In this document: positions 8,836-17,919 of the stretch, piece after piece
How the letters are laid out: each line of letters starts with the position of its first letter
Position numbering within the stretch: the first letter of the stretch is position 1
Origin: an uncultured archaeon
GTDB taxonomy: Archaea > Asgardarchaeota > Hermodarchaeia > Hermodarchaeales > Hermodarchaeaceae
NCBI GenBank assembly: GCA_964347045.1
Contig: CAYFXC010000007.1
Location: forward strand, 87,953-133,402
DNA length: 45,450 nt
Direction: 5' to 3'
The notes under the pieces: generated by a model
What the model saw: only the letters and a program-made list of their open reading frames with translations
The model's database searches: none
Told to the model about the DNA's origin: nothing
Made by a program: the position numbers and the translations under genes

Positions 8836-10023
8836 TTAACCACTTGTTTCGAAAGATAAAGCGCGATGTGGGCAAATACTTACACAGACACCACAACCAT
8901 AACAGAGATCTAAATCTACTTGGGCTTTCGAATTTTCGGGATTAACAGCAATTGCCGTATAAGTACAGGATTTACTACAAAGTCCACATCCAGAACAGGC
9001 GTCTTCATCCACAGTTGGTGGAAGACTTTCAATGCGAAGAGTTTCAGCAGGCAGATGTTTAAGGGCAACACCACGAACATCAAGCGGTGAATCATGTCCA
9101 TGAGATTTGAGGAATTTGGAGATTTCATTTGCGATACGACCATAAACAGAGTTCCCTTCGAGGATTGCTGCCGTACAAACTTGTACAGCCGTCGCACCAC
9201 ACATGAGGAATTCAATGGCATCTGCACCTGTACTAACACCGCCAACACCAATTACGGGTTTAGAAGTGCCGCGTGCTATATCAGCAACACAGCGGACAGC
9301 AAGCGGTTTGATAGCGGGACCTGACAGCCAACCAACCCCTCCTGGCCCTCCAAGAAGGGGACGCCCCGTTTCGATATCAATATGGAGGCACGGGCCCAGC
9401 GTATTAATCGCGACAAATCCATCGACATACTTGTCTACTGCCTTCGCAAAAATAGTCAAGTCCTTAACATGAGGACTCATTTTAGCAAAGACAGGAATAT
9501 CCACGGCTTCTTTCAGTGTTTTGGCTACTTCGTTAAAGACTTTGGTATCTGTTTCAATATAATGGGTGCTAAATTCAATCCCGTCGACTCCAGCTTTCTC
9601 GACAAGAGGCGCAAGTTTTCGCAATTCATCGGGGGTATAACCAACAGACGCAATGAGAGAAAGTCCAGATTTTTTGGCATGAGGGTATTCATGCTTGAGC
9701 CATTTTTGATATGGCTTATCACTCCATAATTCATGGTTCAATAATCCATACGCACCACGTACATTGATGCGTTCAAAATGTATAATCTGATTTTGCATTG
9801 CTGTTGCTAATAACCATTGACTTTTTCCTCGATCGAGCGTTTGCATATTGGGACGAGGGACCTCCGCGGGCTTCACACTGATTGTTTTTGCTACTAAGCC
9901 ACCAACTCCACCCCGAGCTGCTTCTAAAAGAATCTCTGCATCTCGGCTCGTTGGTCCCGCAGCGGTTAACACCGGATTTCGGAGTGGAATTCCTGCAATA
10001 TCTACATTCAAATTGATTGTCAT
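8836..10023 (-). CDS. Dihydropyrimidine/dihydroorotate dehydrogenase-like FMN protein with a C-terminal 2x[4Fe-4S] domain (PreA-like)
   Basis: LRNP..TAAGP, VAKT, LNHELWSD, AKMSP, AINT, GWLSGPAIKP, GVGG; CSGCGLC..SC and CYGCGVCVSICP. Confidence 0.85.
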   Translation of the reverse strand: MTINLNVDIAGIPLRNPVLTAAGPTSRDAEILLEAARGGVGGLVAKTISVKPAEVPRPNMQTLDRGKSQWLLATAMQNQIIHFERINVRGAYGLLNHELWSDKPYQKWLKHEYPHAKKSGLSLIASVGYTPDELRKLAPLVEKAGVDGIEFSTHYIETDTKVFNEVAKTLKEAVDIPVFAKMSPHVKDLTIFAKAVDKYVDGFVAINTLGPCLHIDIETGRPLLGGPGGVGWLSGPAIKPLAVRCVADIARGTSKPVIGVGGVSTGADAIEFLMCGATAVQVCTAAILEGNSVYGRIANEISKFLKSHGHDSPLDVRGVALKHLPAETLRIESLPPTVDEDACSGCGLCSKSCTYTAIAVNPENSKAQVDLDLCYGCGVCVSICPHRALSFETSG

Positions 10024-11960
10024 TATTTTTCTACCAACTTACCCATTTTTGCAAGTTCATCAGCAACATCATCTAAGCCTAATCGTTTGAGTTCCGAGCG
10101 TTTGGGAAGCCCTTCTTGGGTCCAGTTTCGTACCTCATAGTATTCATCAAGCATCGGATCAAGGTTACAAACCTGTCCTTTTGCTGGCCCATCAGGTATG
10201 GGTTCTTCGGTAAATCGGGGATGAATTTGCTCGTCTTTACGGGTTAAGCCTTCGCGAACATTAAAACACCGTCGAAGGTTACTAATACGTTCAGCAACCA
10301 TCCGTAGTTTTTTAATATCACCAAATTCCTCGATGCCTGTGAGAGGAGCAAGCATTTCGGCAATTATATCAAAGTAGTAGATGGGAGGCCACATAGTTCC
10401 GTATTTGCAAAGGATTAGGCTGTCAACTAGTACATAGAGATCTTCTTGATCCTTGATTAGATGACCTTTGTAAGTCGTACTATGTAAATCCATTACTTCA
10501 GAAGCATGAGCCTCACCAAACCGTTCTATTGCAACATCAGGAAAGCCAAGTTCTTCATAACAACTTAGGCTGCGTAAATGGTCAGCACCACGTACATTTG
10601 TAGCATAGGTTAATCCGACACTCTGTTGAGGGCGCGGATCTTGACCGGAAGCTTCCATTCCTTTTACCTGGATTGCAAACCGTTCTGCGCCCTTTCCAAT
10701 TTTTTGTGCAGCGCGCAAAGAACCTTCTGCAAGTAAATCACCAATCCCTTCTCGGTGGGCAATTTTGTCAACTAGCGTAATGATTGTTTTCTCATTGCCC
10801 CATGATAGGTCGAGCCCATCGGCTTCTCTTGAAGAGATCAACCCATGCTCAGCAGTTTCCATTAAGAACGCAATTGTACAACCTGTGCTAATAGTATCCA
10901 ATCCATAGCGGTTGCAAAGTTGATTAATATAAAGGATCGATTCGACATTACTGTTTAAGCAATTGCTACCAAAGGCCATGATTGTTTCATATTCTGGTCC
11001 TCCGGTTTTAACTTGATAAGGACCAGATTTCACTTGGGATGTATATTTACATTGTAGTGCGCACCCAAAACATGCTTCTCGGCTTGTCCGGTACTTTTTA
11101 CGTATAGTTTCAGGTCCGATGGCTTCTGCGTCTGAAAAAACCCCAGTATTATGATTCTTTGTCGGGAGCCTGCCTATCTCGCCGATCGCCTCAACTAGGT
11201 TCGTTGTGCCATATTTTCCGAGAGATTCTTCGTTCATTTCCCCCCATTTCCCGGTTGTTGTCTGCTCGTAGGCTTTTCGAGCGGCGGCTAAATATTTGCC
11301 ATGAGTTGCTACCTGTACTCCACCAAATCCTCGAGCTGCAACCGCTTTGAGATTCTTACTTCCCATAACAGCCCCTCCACCAGCTCGACCAGCTGCACGA
11401 TAATATGACCCAATAATTGCCGCATATCGGACCTTATTTTCACCTGCTATACCTATAGAAGCAACTTCTATGTCATTGTCTCCTAGCTCTTGCTTAATAG
11501 TATCAGTAGTTTCAGTTGTATCGCGTGTCCAAAGATGAGTGGCATCGTGGATGGTCACATTCTTATCTCGCACCATAAGATATACTGGGTTAGGTGCCTT
11601 GCCTTGAATTACAAGCATATCGAAGCCTGCATATTTGAGCTGTGGTCCCCAATGCCCGCCACAATGGGCTTCTCCCCAGACACCGGTTAGGGGAGATTTG
11701 AATGCAACCATAAAGCGCCCAGAGGGAGAGAAGAAGGCACCAGTAACGGGTCCTACAGCGAAGATTAAGGGATTCTTAGGATCAAATGGATCCGAGGCAG
11801 GTTTTACACGATCCCATAAGATGCGTGAGGCAAACCCAGTTCCACCTAGGTAATTCTTAGCAAAATCTCGATCAAGAGGTAGAACATCGATTTTAGAGTT
11901 TGTCAAGTCGATTTCCGCAATTCGTCCTGCGTATCCATAATACACTGCATCCTTACTCAT
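10023..11960 (-). CDS. Tungsten-dependent aldehyde:ferredoxin oxidoreductase family protein (copy 2)
   Basis: YLGGTG, KSPLTG, GSKNLKAV, CFGCALQC, PEYET, GLDTIS, RGADHL, LDEYY..R.W motifs. Confidence 0.95.
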   Translation of the reverse strand: MSKDAVYYGYAGRIAEIDLTNSKIDVLPLDRDFAKNYLGGTGFASRILWDRVKPASDPFDPKNPLIFAVGPVTGAFFSPSGRFMVAFKSPLTGVWGEAHCGGHWGPQLKYAGFDMLVIQGKAPNPVYLMVRDKNVTIHDATHLWTRDTTETTDTIKQELGDNDIEVASIGIAGENKVRYAAIIGSYYRAAGRAGGGAVMGSKNLKAVAARGFGGVQVATHGKYLAAARKAYEQTTTGKWGEMNEESLGKYGTTNLVEAIGEIGRLPTKNHNTGVFSDAEAIGPETIRKKYRTSREACFGCALQCKYTSQVKSGPYQVKTGGPEYETIMAFGSNCLNSNVESILYINQLCNRYGLDTISTGCTIAFLMETAEHGLISSREADGLDLSWGNEKTIITLVDKIAHREGIGDLLAEGSLRAAQKIGKGAERFAIQVKGMEASGQDPRPQQSVGLTYATNVRGADHLRSLSCYEELGFPDVAIERFGEAHASEVMDLHSTTYKGHLIKDQEDLYVLVDSLILCKYGTMWPPIYYFDIIAEMLAPLTGIEEFGDIKKLRMVAERISNLRRCFNVREGLTRKDEQIHPRFTEEPIPDGPAKGQVCNLDPMLDEYYEVRNWTQEGLPKRSELKRLGLDDVADELAKMGKLVEK

Positions 11961-12463
11961 TCTTCCGCACCTCCCGTGATAACGTGGAGATAATCAGCGG
12001 CCTGTTTCACACCTTTTTGTCGAAGACGATTAGTCAGCTCACTAGGTTTAAGGTACAAGAGGGCTTCTCTGGGGCAAAATTGCGCACACATCGCATAACC
12101 CTTACACAAATCGCATTTTACAGTACGACCATCAGTTGGATCAATATGAATTCCTCCAAATGGACATGCAACAAGACATTGATGGCAACCAATGCAATTG
12201 TCTTGTGTGATGCAAACGGCGTTGGTTTTGTTATCTCGATAAATTGCATCAGCAGGACAACTTTCCATACAGAGAGGTGTATCACAATGCTGACAAATCA
12301 CCGGAATATTAATCCCGCTCTTTTCATCCCGAATTATTGTCAAGAGTGCTCGAGAAGGATTGTATTCCTTGTTATGACGAAATGAGCACACGAGAGTACA
12401 AATACCACAACCTGTGCATTTCTCTGGATCAATAACTAGTACCTTATGAGACAACCTGTTCAT
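11957..12463 (-). CDS. Multi-[4Fe-4S] ferredoxin-type subunit (AOR small subunit)
   Basis: CTGCGICTLVC, CQHC..PLC..SCP, CIGCHQCLVACP, KCDLC....CAQFCP; overlaps the AOR start by 4 nt. Confidence 0.9.
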   Translation of the reverse strand: MNRLSHKVLVIDPEKCTGCGICTLVCSFRHNKEYNPSRALLTIIRDEKSGINIPVICQHCDTPLCMESCPADAIYRDNKTNAVCITQDNCIGCHQCLVACPFGGIHIDPTDGRTVKCDLCKGYAMCAQFCPREALLYLKPSELTNRLRQKGVKQAADYLHVITGGAEE

Positions 12464-12557
12464 GGGAATACACGCTAAAAAAAAGGGGACGTGGAAGCCT
12501 TAAAGGCTTACTCGATTACCATATTCAACGATTACAGTTTGCTAGGAGTGAACAACT

Positions 12558-13889
12558 ATGCGTATATTGATTAAAAACGCAACTATTGTTACAATGGACC
12601 CAAAACGCCGAATTTTAAAAGATTCTGATATACTCATCGACGGTTCAAATATCACAAACATAGGTCCTGACATCAAAGAGTCAGCAGATCATGTAATTGA
12701 TGGATCAGGTCGAATGGTTCTGCCGGGATTCATTTGTGGACATACCCATTTATACGGCATCATGCTCCGTGGAGCACCATTAGATATCAAGCCTACAACT
12801 GATTTTCTTCAAATCCTTGATCGGATTTGGTGGAAAGTGGATTCCGCGTTTGTTAATGAGGACGCCTATGCAAGCGCTCTCGCGTCCTGTTATGAGTTTA
12901 TTCGAAGTGGAACTACGTGTTTTGCCGACACTTACTCCGGTCCCGGATCTATTGAGGGCGTTCTAGATGCTATTGCGAAAGGCGCTGCAGAAGTTGGAAT
13001 TCGCGGGATTCTCGCATTTGAAGCAACTGAAAGGAATTCGAAAAAAGAAGGAGGCCGAGGACTCCAGGAGAATATTCGATTTATCAAGAAGCTCCAAAAA
13101 ACCCCGAACTCACTTCTATCGGGGATGTACAGTTTACATGCATCATTTACTCTCAGTGATGAATTAATTCAAAAAACACGGGAACAAGCGGATAAGCTTC
13201 CAGCCCCGCTTACTATTCATACAAGTGAAGGCCTTATCGATGTCTACCATAACCTCGAGAGATATGACAAACGTACCGTTGAACGTCTCTTTGACCTTGG
13301 AGTTCTTGGACAAGATGTAATTCTTGCCCATTGTGTACATGTTAACCGTGACGAAATGGAGTTGATCAAGGGTAGTGGAGCTTCAGTAGCCCATAATCCA
13401 ATGAGTAACATGAATAATGCTGTCGGAATAAGCCCAGTAAAGGAAATGTATGAGCGTGGTATTCCAATATGTTTGGGAAATGATGGTTTCATCTTCGATG
13501 CCATCGAAAATATTCGCACAGCGTACCTGATCCATAAGGTGCATCATCTCGATACGCGGGTTACAACCCCCCAACAAGTTATCGAAATGGCGACAATTAA
13601 TGGTGCTCAAATTTATGGTTTAAGTAACCAACTTGGATCCATCGAACCTGGAAAACTTGCGGATTTAGTAATGCTCCACCCTAATCCTCGTGTTACACCA
13701 ATTCTGCCTGATGGCGTGTATGGATATATTGTCTATGGTTGTACTGCTCATGATGTTGAACATGTATTTGTCAACGGCAAACAGGTTGTTGATAACCACC
13801 AAGTGGTGTCTGTTCAATCTGAGGTGGTTGAAAAGGCACTAGAACGCGTCGTTCCTATTCTTTGGGAGAAGCTTGGAATTGATATTTAG
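12558..13889 (+). CDS. Metal-dependent amidohydrolase, SsnA-like
   Basis: GHTHLY, LDRIWWKVD, LHASFTLSD, IHTSEG, AHCVHV, HNPMSNMNNAVG, LGNDG. Confidence 0.85.
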   Translation: MRILIKNATIVTMDPKRRILKDSDILIDGSNITNIGPDIKESADHVIDGSGRMVLPGFICGHTHLYGIMLRGAPLDIKPTTDFLQILDRIWWKVDSAFVNEDAYASALASCYEFIRSGTTCFADTYSGPGSIEGVLDAIAKGAAEVGIRGILAFEATERNSKKEGGRGLQENIRFIKKLQKTPNSLLSGMYSLHASFTLSDELIQKTREQADKLPAPLTIHTSEGLIDVYHNLERYDKRTVERLFDLGVLGQDVILAHCVHVNRDEMELIKGSGASVAHNPMSNMNNAVGISPVKEMYERGIPICLGNDGFIFDAIENIRTAYLIHKVHHLDTRVTTPQQVIEMATINGAQIYGLSNQLGSIEPGKLADLVMLHPNPRVTPILPDGVYGYIVYGCTAHDVEHVFVNGKQVVDNHQVVSVQSEVVEKALERVVPILWEKLGIDI

Positions 13890-13897
13890 TTGAGAGA

Positions 13898-14179
13898 CTA
13901 ACCCCCAGCTACTGGAGGAAAGAGTGCTATAGTATCACCATCTGAAAGCTGGGTATCAAGACCTTGAAGAACATGAAGTCCGCGACCATTTACGAGAATT
14001 TTAATATACCGCCGTAATTGTCCTTCATCATCAAAAACTGTATTTTGGAATTTTCTTCCTTGTTCTTCACATAATTGATTTAAAAGATCAAGAACTGTCC
14101 GACCTTTGAAATTCACTGTAAGCTGCTGAAATCCGAACTGTTCAGTAAAGGGGCCGATCGTACGAACAAGGACATACAT
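13898..14179 (-). CDS. MoaD/ThiS/SAMP ubiquitin-like sulfur carrier (second paralog)
   Basis: ILVNGR and C-terminal IALFPPVAGG; ATG at 14179 preferred over the ORF-track start at 14197. Confidence 0.9.
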   Translation of the reverse strand: MYVLVRTIGPFTEQFGFQQLTVNFKGRTVLDLLNQLCEEQGRKFQNTVFDDEGQLRRYIKILVNGRGLHVLQGLDTQLSDGDTIALFPPVAGG

Positions 14180-14296
14180 CGTAAGAGCTCTCCACACACG
14201 GCAAATGTCCTGCTACACAAAAACCTGTTGGTATCCTTACTCACTGATAATGCCAATCCTTAATAGGAGAGAGAAGTAAGCTCACTGCTGATTTTA

Positions 14297-15715
14297 ATGG
14301 CAGATTTGATGATAGATGGTGCTACCGTCGTAACTGTGGACCCACAACGCCGAATTATTTCGGATGGAGCAGTGGTTGTGGAAGACCAACGTGTTATTGC
14401 TGTTGGAAAATCTCACGAAATCAAACAGAAATTCAATGCCGATACGCGTATTTCCGGAAAACATAAAATCCTAATTCCCGGTCTTATCGACTGTCACATA
14501 CATCTAGCTCAGGCGCTTATTCGTGGAACAGCAGATGATGTAGATCTTATTCCATGGCTCCGCGATTACGTATGGGTTTTACAAGGAAACTTTACTCCAG
14601 AAGATGGCAAGGTCAGTGCTGAACTTTGTATCGCGGAGATGCTCAAATCAGGTACAACGAGTTTTCTCGAGAGCATGATACACAAACGTTATGGTTTTGA
14701 GGGTATTGCTAAGGTAGTCGAAAAAACAGGTATTCGGGGTTGTCTTTCAAAGCTCTTCATGGACTGGACTGGTTACGCGGACGAAGAATCAATCATGTAT
14801 GAGGGAATGATCGAAGATCCTGAGGAGTGTATTGCAGAAACACTTGCGATGCATAATAAATGGCAGGGAGCAGCAGATGGTCGGGTATTTATTTGGTGGG
14901 GAGCCCGTACTCCTGGCGCTGTCAGTCCTAAGTTATATCGCCGTGTTGCAGAACTGTCGAAGAAACGACATATGAGAATTACCATGCACCTCGGTGAAGT
15001 GAAAGAAGACGTAGAATACACGAAATCTCACTTTAATCAACTACCTGCAGAGTTCGCTCAAGACGTAGGAATGATGGGCGAAAACGTCGTTTTAGTGCAT
15101 GGTGTATGGATTAGCGCCAAAGAGTTTCCCATTTATGCTGAGACCGGTACTCACATGTGCCATTGTCCAGCTAGTAATTCGAAGCTGGCATCAGGCATCG
15201 CACCTATTCCCGAGATGATAAATGCAGGAATCAATGTCTGTTTGGGCTGTGATGGTGGACCAAGTAATAACGCCTATGATATGTTCCGTGAAATGTTTCT
15301 CGCTGCGGTAATCCATAAAGCACGTACCTTGGACCCGTTAACAATGCCTGCGGAAACGGTTTTGGAGATGGCTACTATAAATGGTGCCAAGGCAATCGGG
15401 CTTGAGAAGGAAATTGGAAGCATTGAAGTGGGAAAGAAAGCTGATTTGGTGCTGATAGATACGACTCACTTAAACCTCGCTCCCACTTATAACCCGGTAA
15501 GTAATATCATCTATGCTGCTAATGGCTTCAATGTTCATACTACAATTGTTAATGGACAAATCCTTGTCCATGAAGGTAAACTACTAACTTTGGACAAAGA
15601 GAAAGTTATTGAGAATGCTAGGGAGCGAGGACAACAATTATTGGATCGCGCGGATGTAAAAATTCAAAGCCGATGGCAAAAAAATAAAGGCGGCTTTGGA
15701 TTAATTCGCAATTAA
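14297..15715 (+). CDS. Metal-dependent amidohydrolase (MtaD/AtzA/TrzA-like nucleobase deaminase family)
   Basis: DCHIHL, LKSGTT, MHLGE, VHGV, HCPASNSKLASG, LGCDG, MATINGA. Confidence 0.9.
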   Translation: MADLMIDGATVVTVDPQRRIISDGAVVVEDQRVIAVGKSHEIKQKFNADTRISGKHKILIPGLIDCHIHLAQALIRGTADDVDLIPWLRDYVWVLQGNFTPEDGKVSAELCIAEMLKSGTTSFLESMIHKRYGFEGIAKVVEKTGIRGCLSKLFMDWTGYADEESIMYEGMIEDPEECIAETLAMHNKWQGAADGRVFIWWGARTPGAVSPKLYRRVAELSKKRHMRITMHLGEVKEDVEYTKSHFNQLPAEFAQDVGMMGENVVLVHGVWISAKEFPIYAETGTHMCHCPASNSKLASGIAPIPEMINAGINVCLGCDGGPSNNAYDMFREMFLAAVIHKARTLDPLTMPAETVLEMATINGAKAIGLEKEIGSIEVGKKADLVLIDTTHLNLAPTYNPVSNIIYAANGFNVHTTIVNGQILVHEGKLLTLDKEKVIENARERGQQLLDRADVKIQSRWQKNKGGFGLIRN

Positions 15716-15731
15716 TTAGGGTGACTCTAAA

Positions 15732-16799
15732 ATGGGGGCTGATATTGTTGGTAAATATCATGGTCGTGACTGGTTGACTATCCAAGAATGGACCCAAGAA
15801 GAGCTGCAAACATTGATTGAAGCAGCAATCGAGATTAAGAAAATACAAAAGGCACGAAAACCACACGATTATCTTCTCAGGCAAACGTTATTCATGATTT
15901 TCTTCAATCGATCATTAAGAACACGAAACTCCTTCGAAGCAGGTATGACGCAGATGGGGGGTCATGCTCACTTCCTTTCTCCTCAAGATGTTTATCGACC
16001 CGCATTACCAGACGATGAAGAAGCATATACGAGTGAACGGATTTCAGATGTAGCGCGAGTACTTGCTCGGATGGGTGATGCTATCGCTATTCGAATTTAT
16101 GGATCTCATGCTAAATGGATTTATGGTCGTGGTCATCGAGTCCTCCGAGAATTTGCGAAATGGTCGAAAGTTCCTCTCATAAATATGGAAGATGACGTCT
16201 ACCATCCGTGCCAAGCCCTAGCGGATATGCAAGCGATTCAAGAACACTCGCCGAAAGTACAAGGAAAGAAGTTTGTCATGAGTTGGGCTTACAGCCCCAG
16301 TATGAAGAAACCACTCGCCGTTCCCCAAAGCGGAGTTCTAATGGGCACTAAGTGGGGAATGGATACTGTGCTTGCGCATCCCAAAGGCTTTGAATTAGAT
16401 CCTAAAATAATTGAAATGTGTGAAAAGAATGTCGCCGAGTATGGCGGCTCCTTTGAAATCACCAATGATATGGAGGAAGCGTTTGCAGGTGCTCATTATG
16501 TATACCCGAAATGTTGGACAAGTAAGCATCATATTCCTCCTATTGCACCTGCAGAAGATTGGAAAGGATGTAAGAAGCTCTTCGATGCAAATAAGGATTG
16601 GATTGCAACACCAGAAAAAATGGATCTTGGAGAAAAGGATGTCAAATACATGCATTGTCTACCCGCTGACCGAGGATTCGAAGTAGCCGATGAAGTACTG
16701 GATGGAAAATGGAGTATCGCTTTTGATGAAGCAGAAAATCGGCTTCATGCTCAGAAAGCGATAATGGCAGCAATTATGGGTGAACCCAAGAAAGTGTAA
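15732..16799 (+). CDS. Carbamoyltransferase, YgeW/N-acylornithine (knotted) type, paralog 1
   Basis: SLRT, HPCQ, SWAYSP, KPLAVPQS, YPKCW, MHCLP, EAENR; lacks the OTCase DxxxSMG motif. Confidence 0.85.
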   Translation: MGADIVGKYHGRDWLTIQEWTQEELQTLIEAAIEIKKIQKARKPHDYLLRQTLFMIFFNRSLRTRNSFEAGMTQMGGHAHFLSPQDVYRPALPDDEEAYTSERISDVARVLARMGDAIAIRIYGSHAKWIYGRGHRVLREFAKWSKVPLINMEDDVYHPCQALADMQAIQEHSPKVQGKKFVMSWAYSPSMKKPLAVPQSGVLMGTKWGMDTVLAHPKGFELDPKIIEMCEKNVAEYGGSFEITNDMEEAFAGAHYVYPKCWTSKHHIPPIAPAEDWKGCKKLFDANKDWIATPEKMDLGEKDVKYMHCLPADRGFEVADEVLDGKWSIAFDEAENRLHAQKAIMAAIMGEPKKV

Positions 16800-16808
16800 T
16801 TAGAGTGT

Positions 16809-17828
16809 TTAAAGTAAATTCTCATCACTCATTACTAGTGATAGGAGCCCTTTTTGCAGATGTAAACGGTTCTCGGCTTGATCAAAAATAACGCTTTGAG
16901 GGCTATCAACGACTTCATCCGTTGCCTCTTCGCCGCGAAATACGGGAAGGCAGTGCATAAAGATGGCGTCTTTATGCGCTAATTCCATGAGTTCAGAATT
17001 ACAAATCCAATCACGGTATTTCTCGTGGAGTTGAGCTTCAGTGTCTTCACCCAACTTATCGATGCCAACAGCGGAGCATTCAGCACTCATCCAAGACCGA
17101 GGATAAACCACATGAGCATCTGAATAACCTTCTTTGACATCATTTGTGATTGAAAATGCACCACCTGATTCATTTGCGTTTAATTGGCACCAATCGATAA
17201 CCTCAGGATCTAGTTCAAAACCAGGTGGATGGGCGAGAGTTACATCCATCCCGAATCGTGTAGCTGTTAATATTGCACTTTGGACACTACACCATGACCG
17301 AGAATGGCGACTGTAGGCCCAAGAAAAGAGGAATTTCTTCCCTTGGATTTTCGAGAAGTTTTCTTGTACCGTCATGAGATCAGTGAGTGATTGACAGGGA
17401 TGGAATTTATCGTCAGCCATATTGATGATGGGAATATCCGACCATTTCGCATAATCACGAAGAACTTGGTTTCCACGTCCATAGACATAACCAACCGCTT
17501 TTTCGAGAATTCGAATTCCGATGCCATTCCCATATCGGGCTAGTGTATTAGCTGTATCTTTTACACTTTCACCTTCTCCAAGCCGCATTGCACTCGGCTC
17601 AAGAAATTGAGCATGACCCCCCAGTTCTGTTAATGCAGCTTCAAAACTGGCACGGGTTCTAGTGCTTGTGTTGTAAAATAGCATGAAAAAGGTTTTATCA
17701 GCCAGAAGGTGTGGAGATTTTCCTGCCTTAGTCTTTTTTTTCAAATCTTTTGAAAATTTTAGGACCGCTTCAAGTTCTTCCCGAGTCCACTCTTGAGTGG
17801 TTATCATATCTCTGCCACGAAGATCCAT
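16809..17828 (-). CDS. Carbamoyltransferase, YgeW/N-acylornithine (knotted) type, paralog 2
   Basis: STRT, HPCQ, SWAYS, YPRSW, MHCLP, QAENR; start moved to ATG 17828 (MDLRGRD aligns with paralog 1 and avoids overlapping tatD). Confidence 0.85.
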   Translation of the reverse strand: MDLRGRDMITTQEWTREELEAVLKFSKDLKKKTKAGKSPHLLADKTFFMLFYNTSTRTRASFEAALTELGGHAQFLEPSAMRLGEGESVKDTANTLARYGNGIGIRILEKAVGYVYGRGNQVLRDYAKWSDIPIINMADDKFHPCQSLTDLMTVQENFSKIQGKKFLFSWAYSRHSRSWCSVQSAILTATRFGMDVTLAHPPGFELDPEVIDWCQLNANESGGAFSITNDVKEGYSDAHVVYPRSWMSAECSAVGIDKLGEDTEAQLHEKYRDWICNSELMELAHKDAIFMHCLPVFRGEEATDEVVDSPQSVIFDQAENRLHLQKGLLSLVMSDENLL

Positions 17829-17919
17829 CTTTGTCAGCTTCAAGGTATTATTATGTGGATGCGGTAGAGTCAAAACCTTTTGAAGCTTTCGAGAAGACGC
17901 TAGCTTGAAGGGTTTTATC

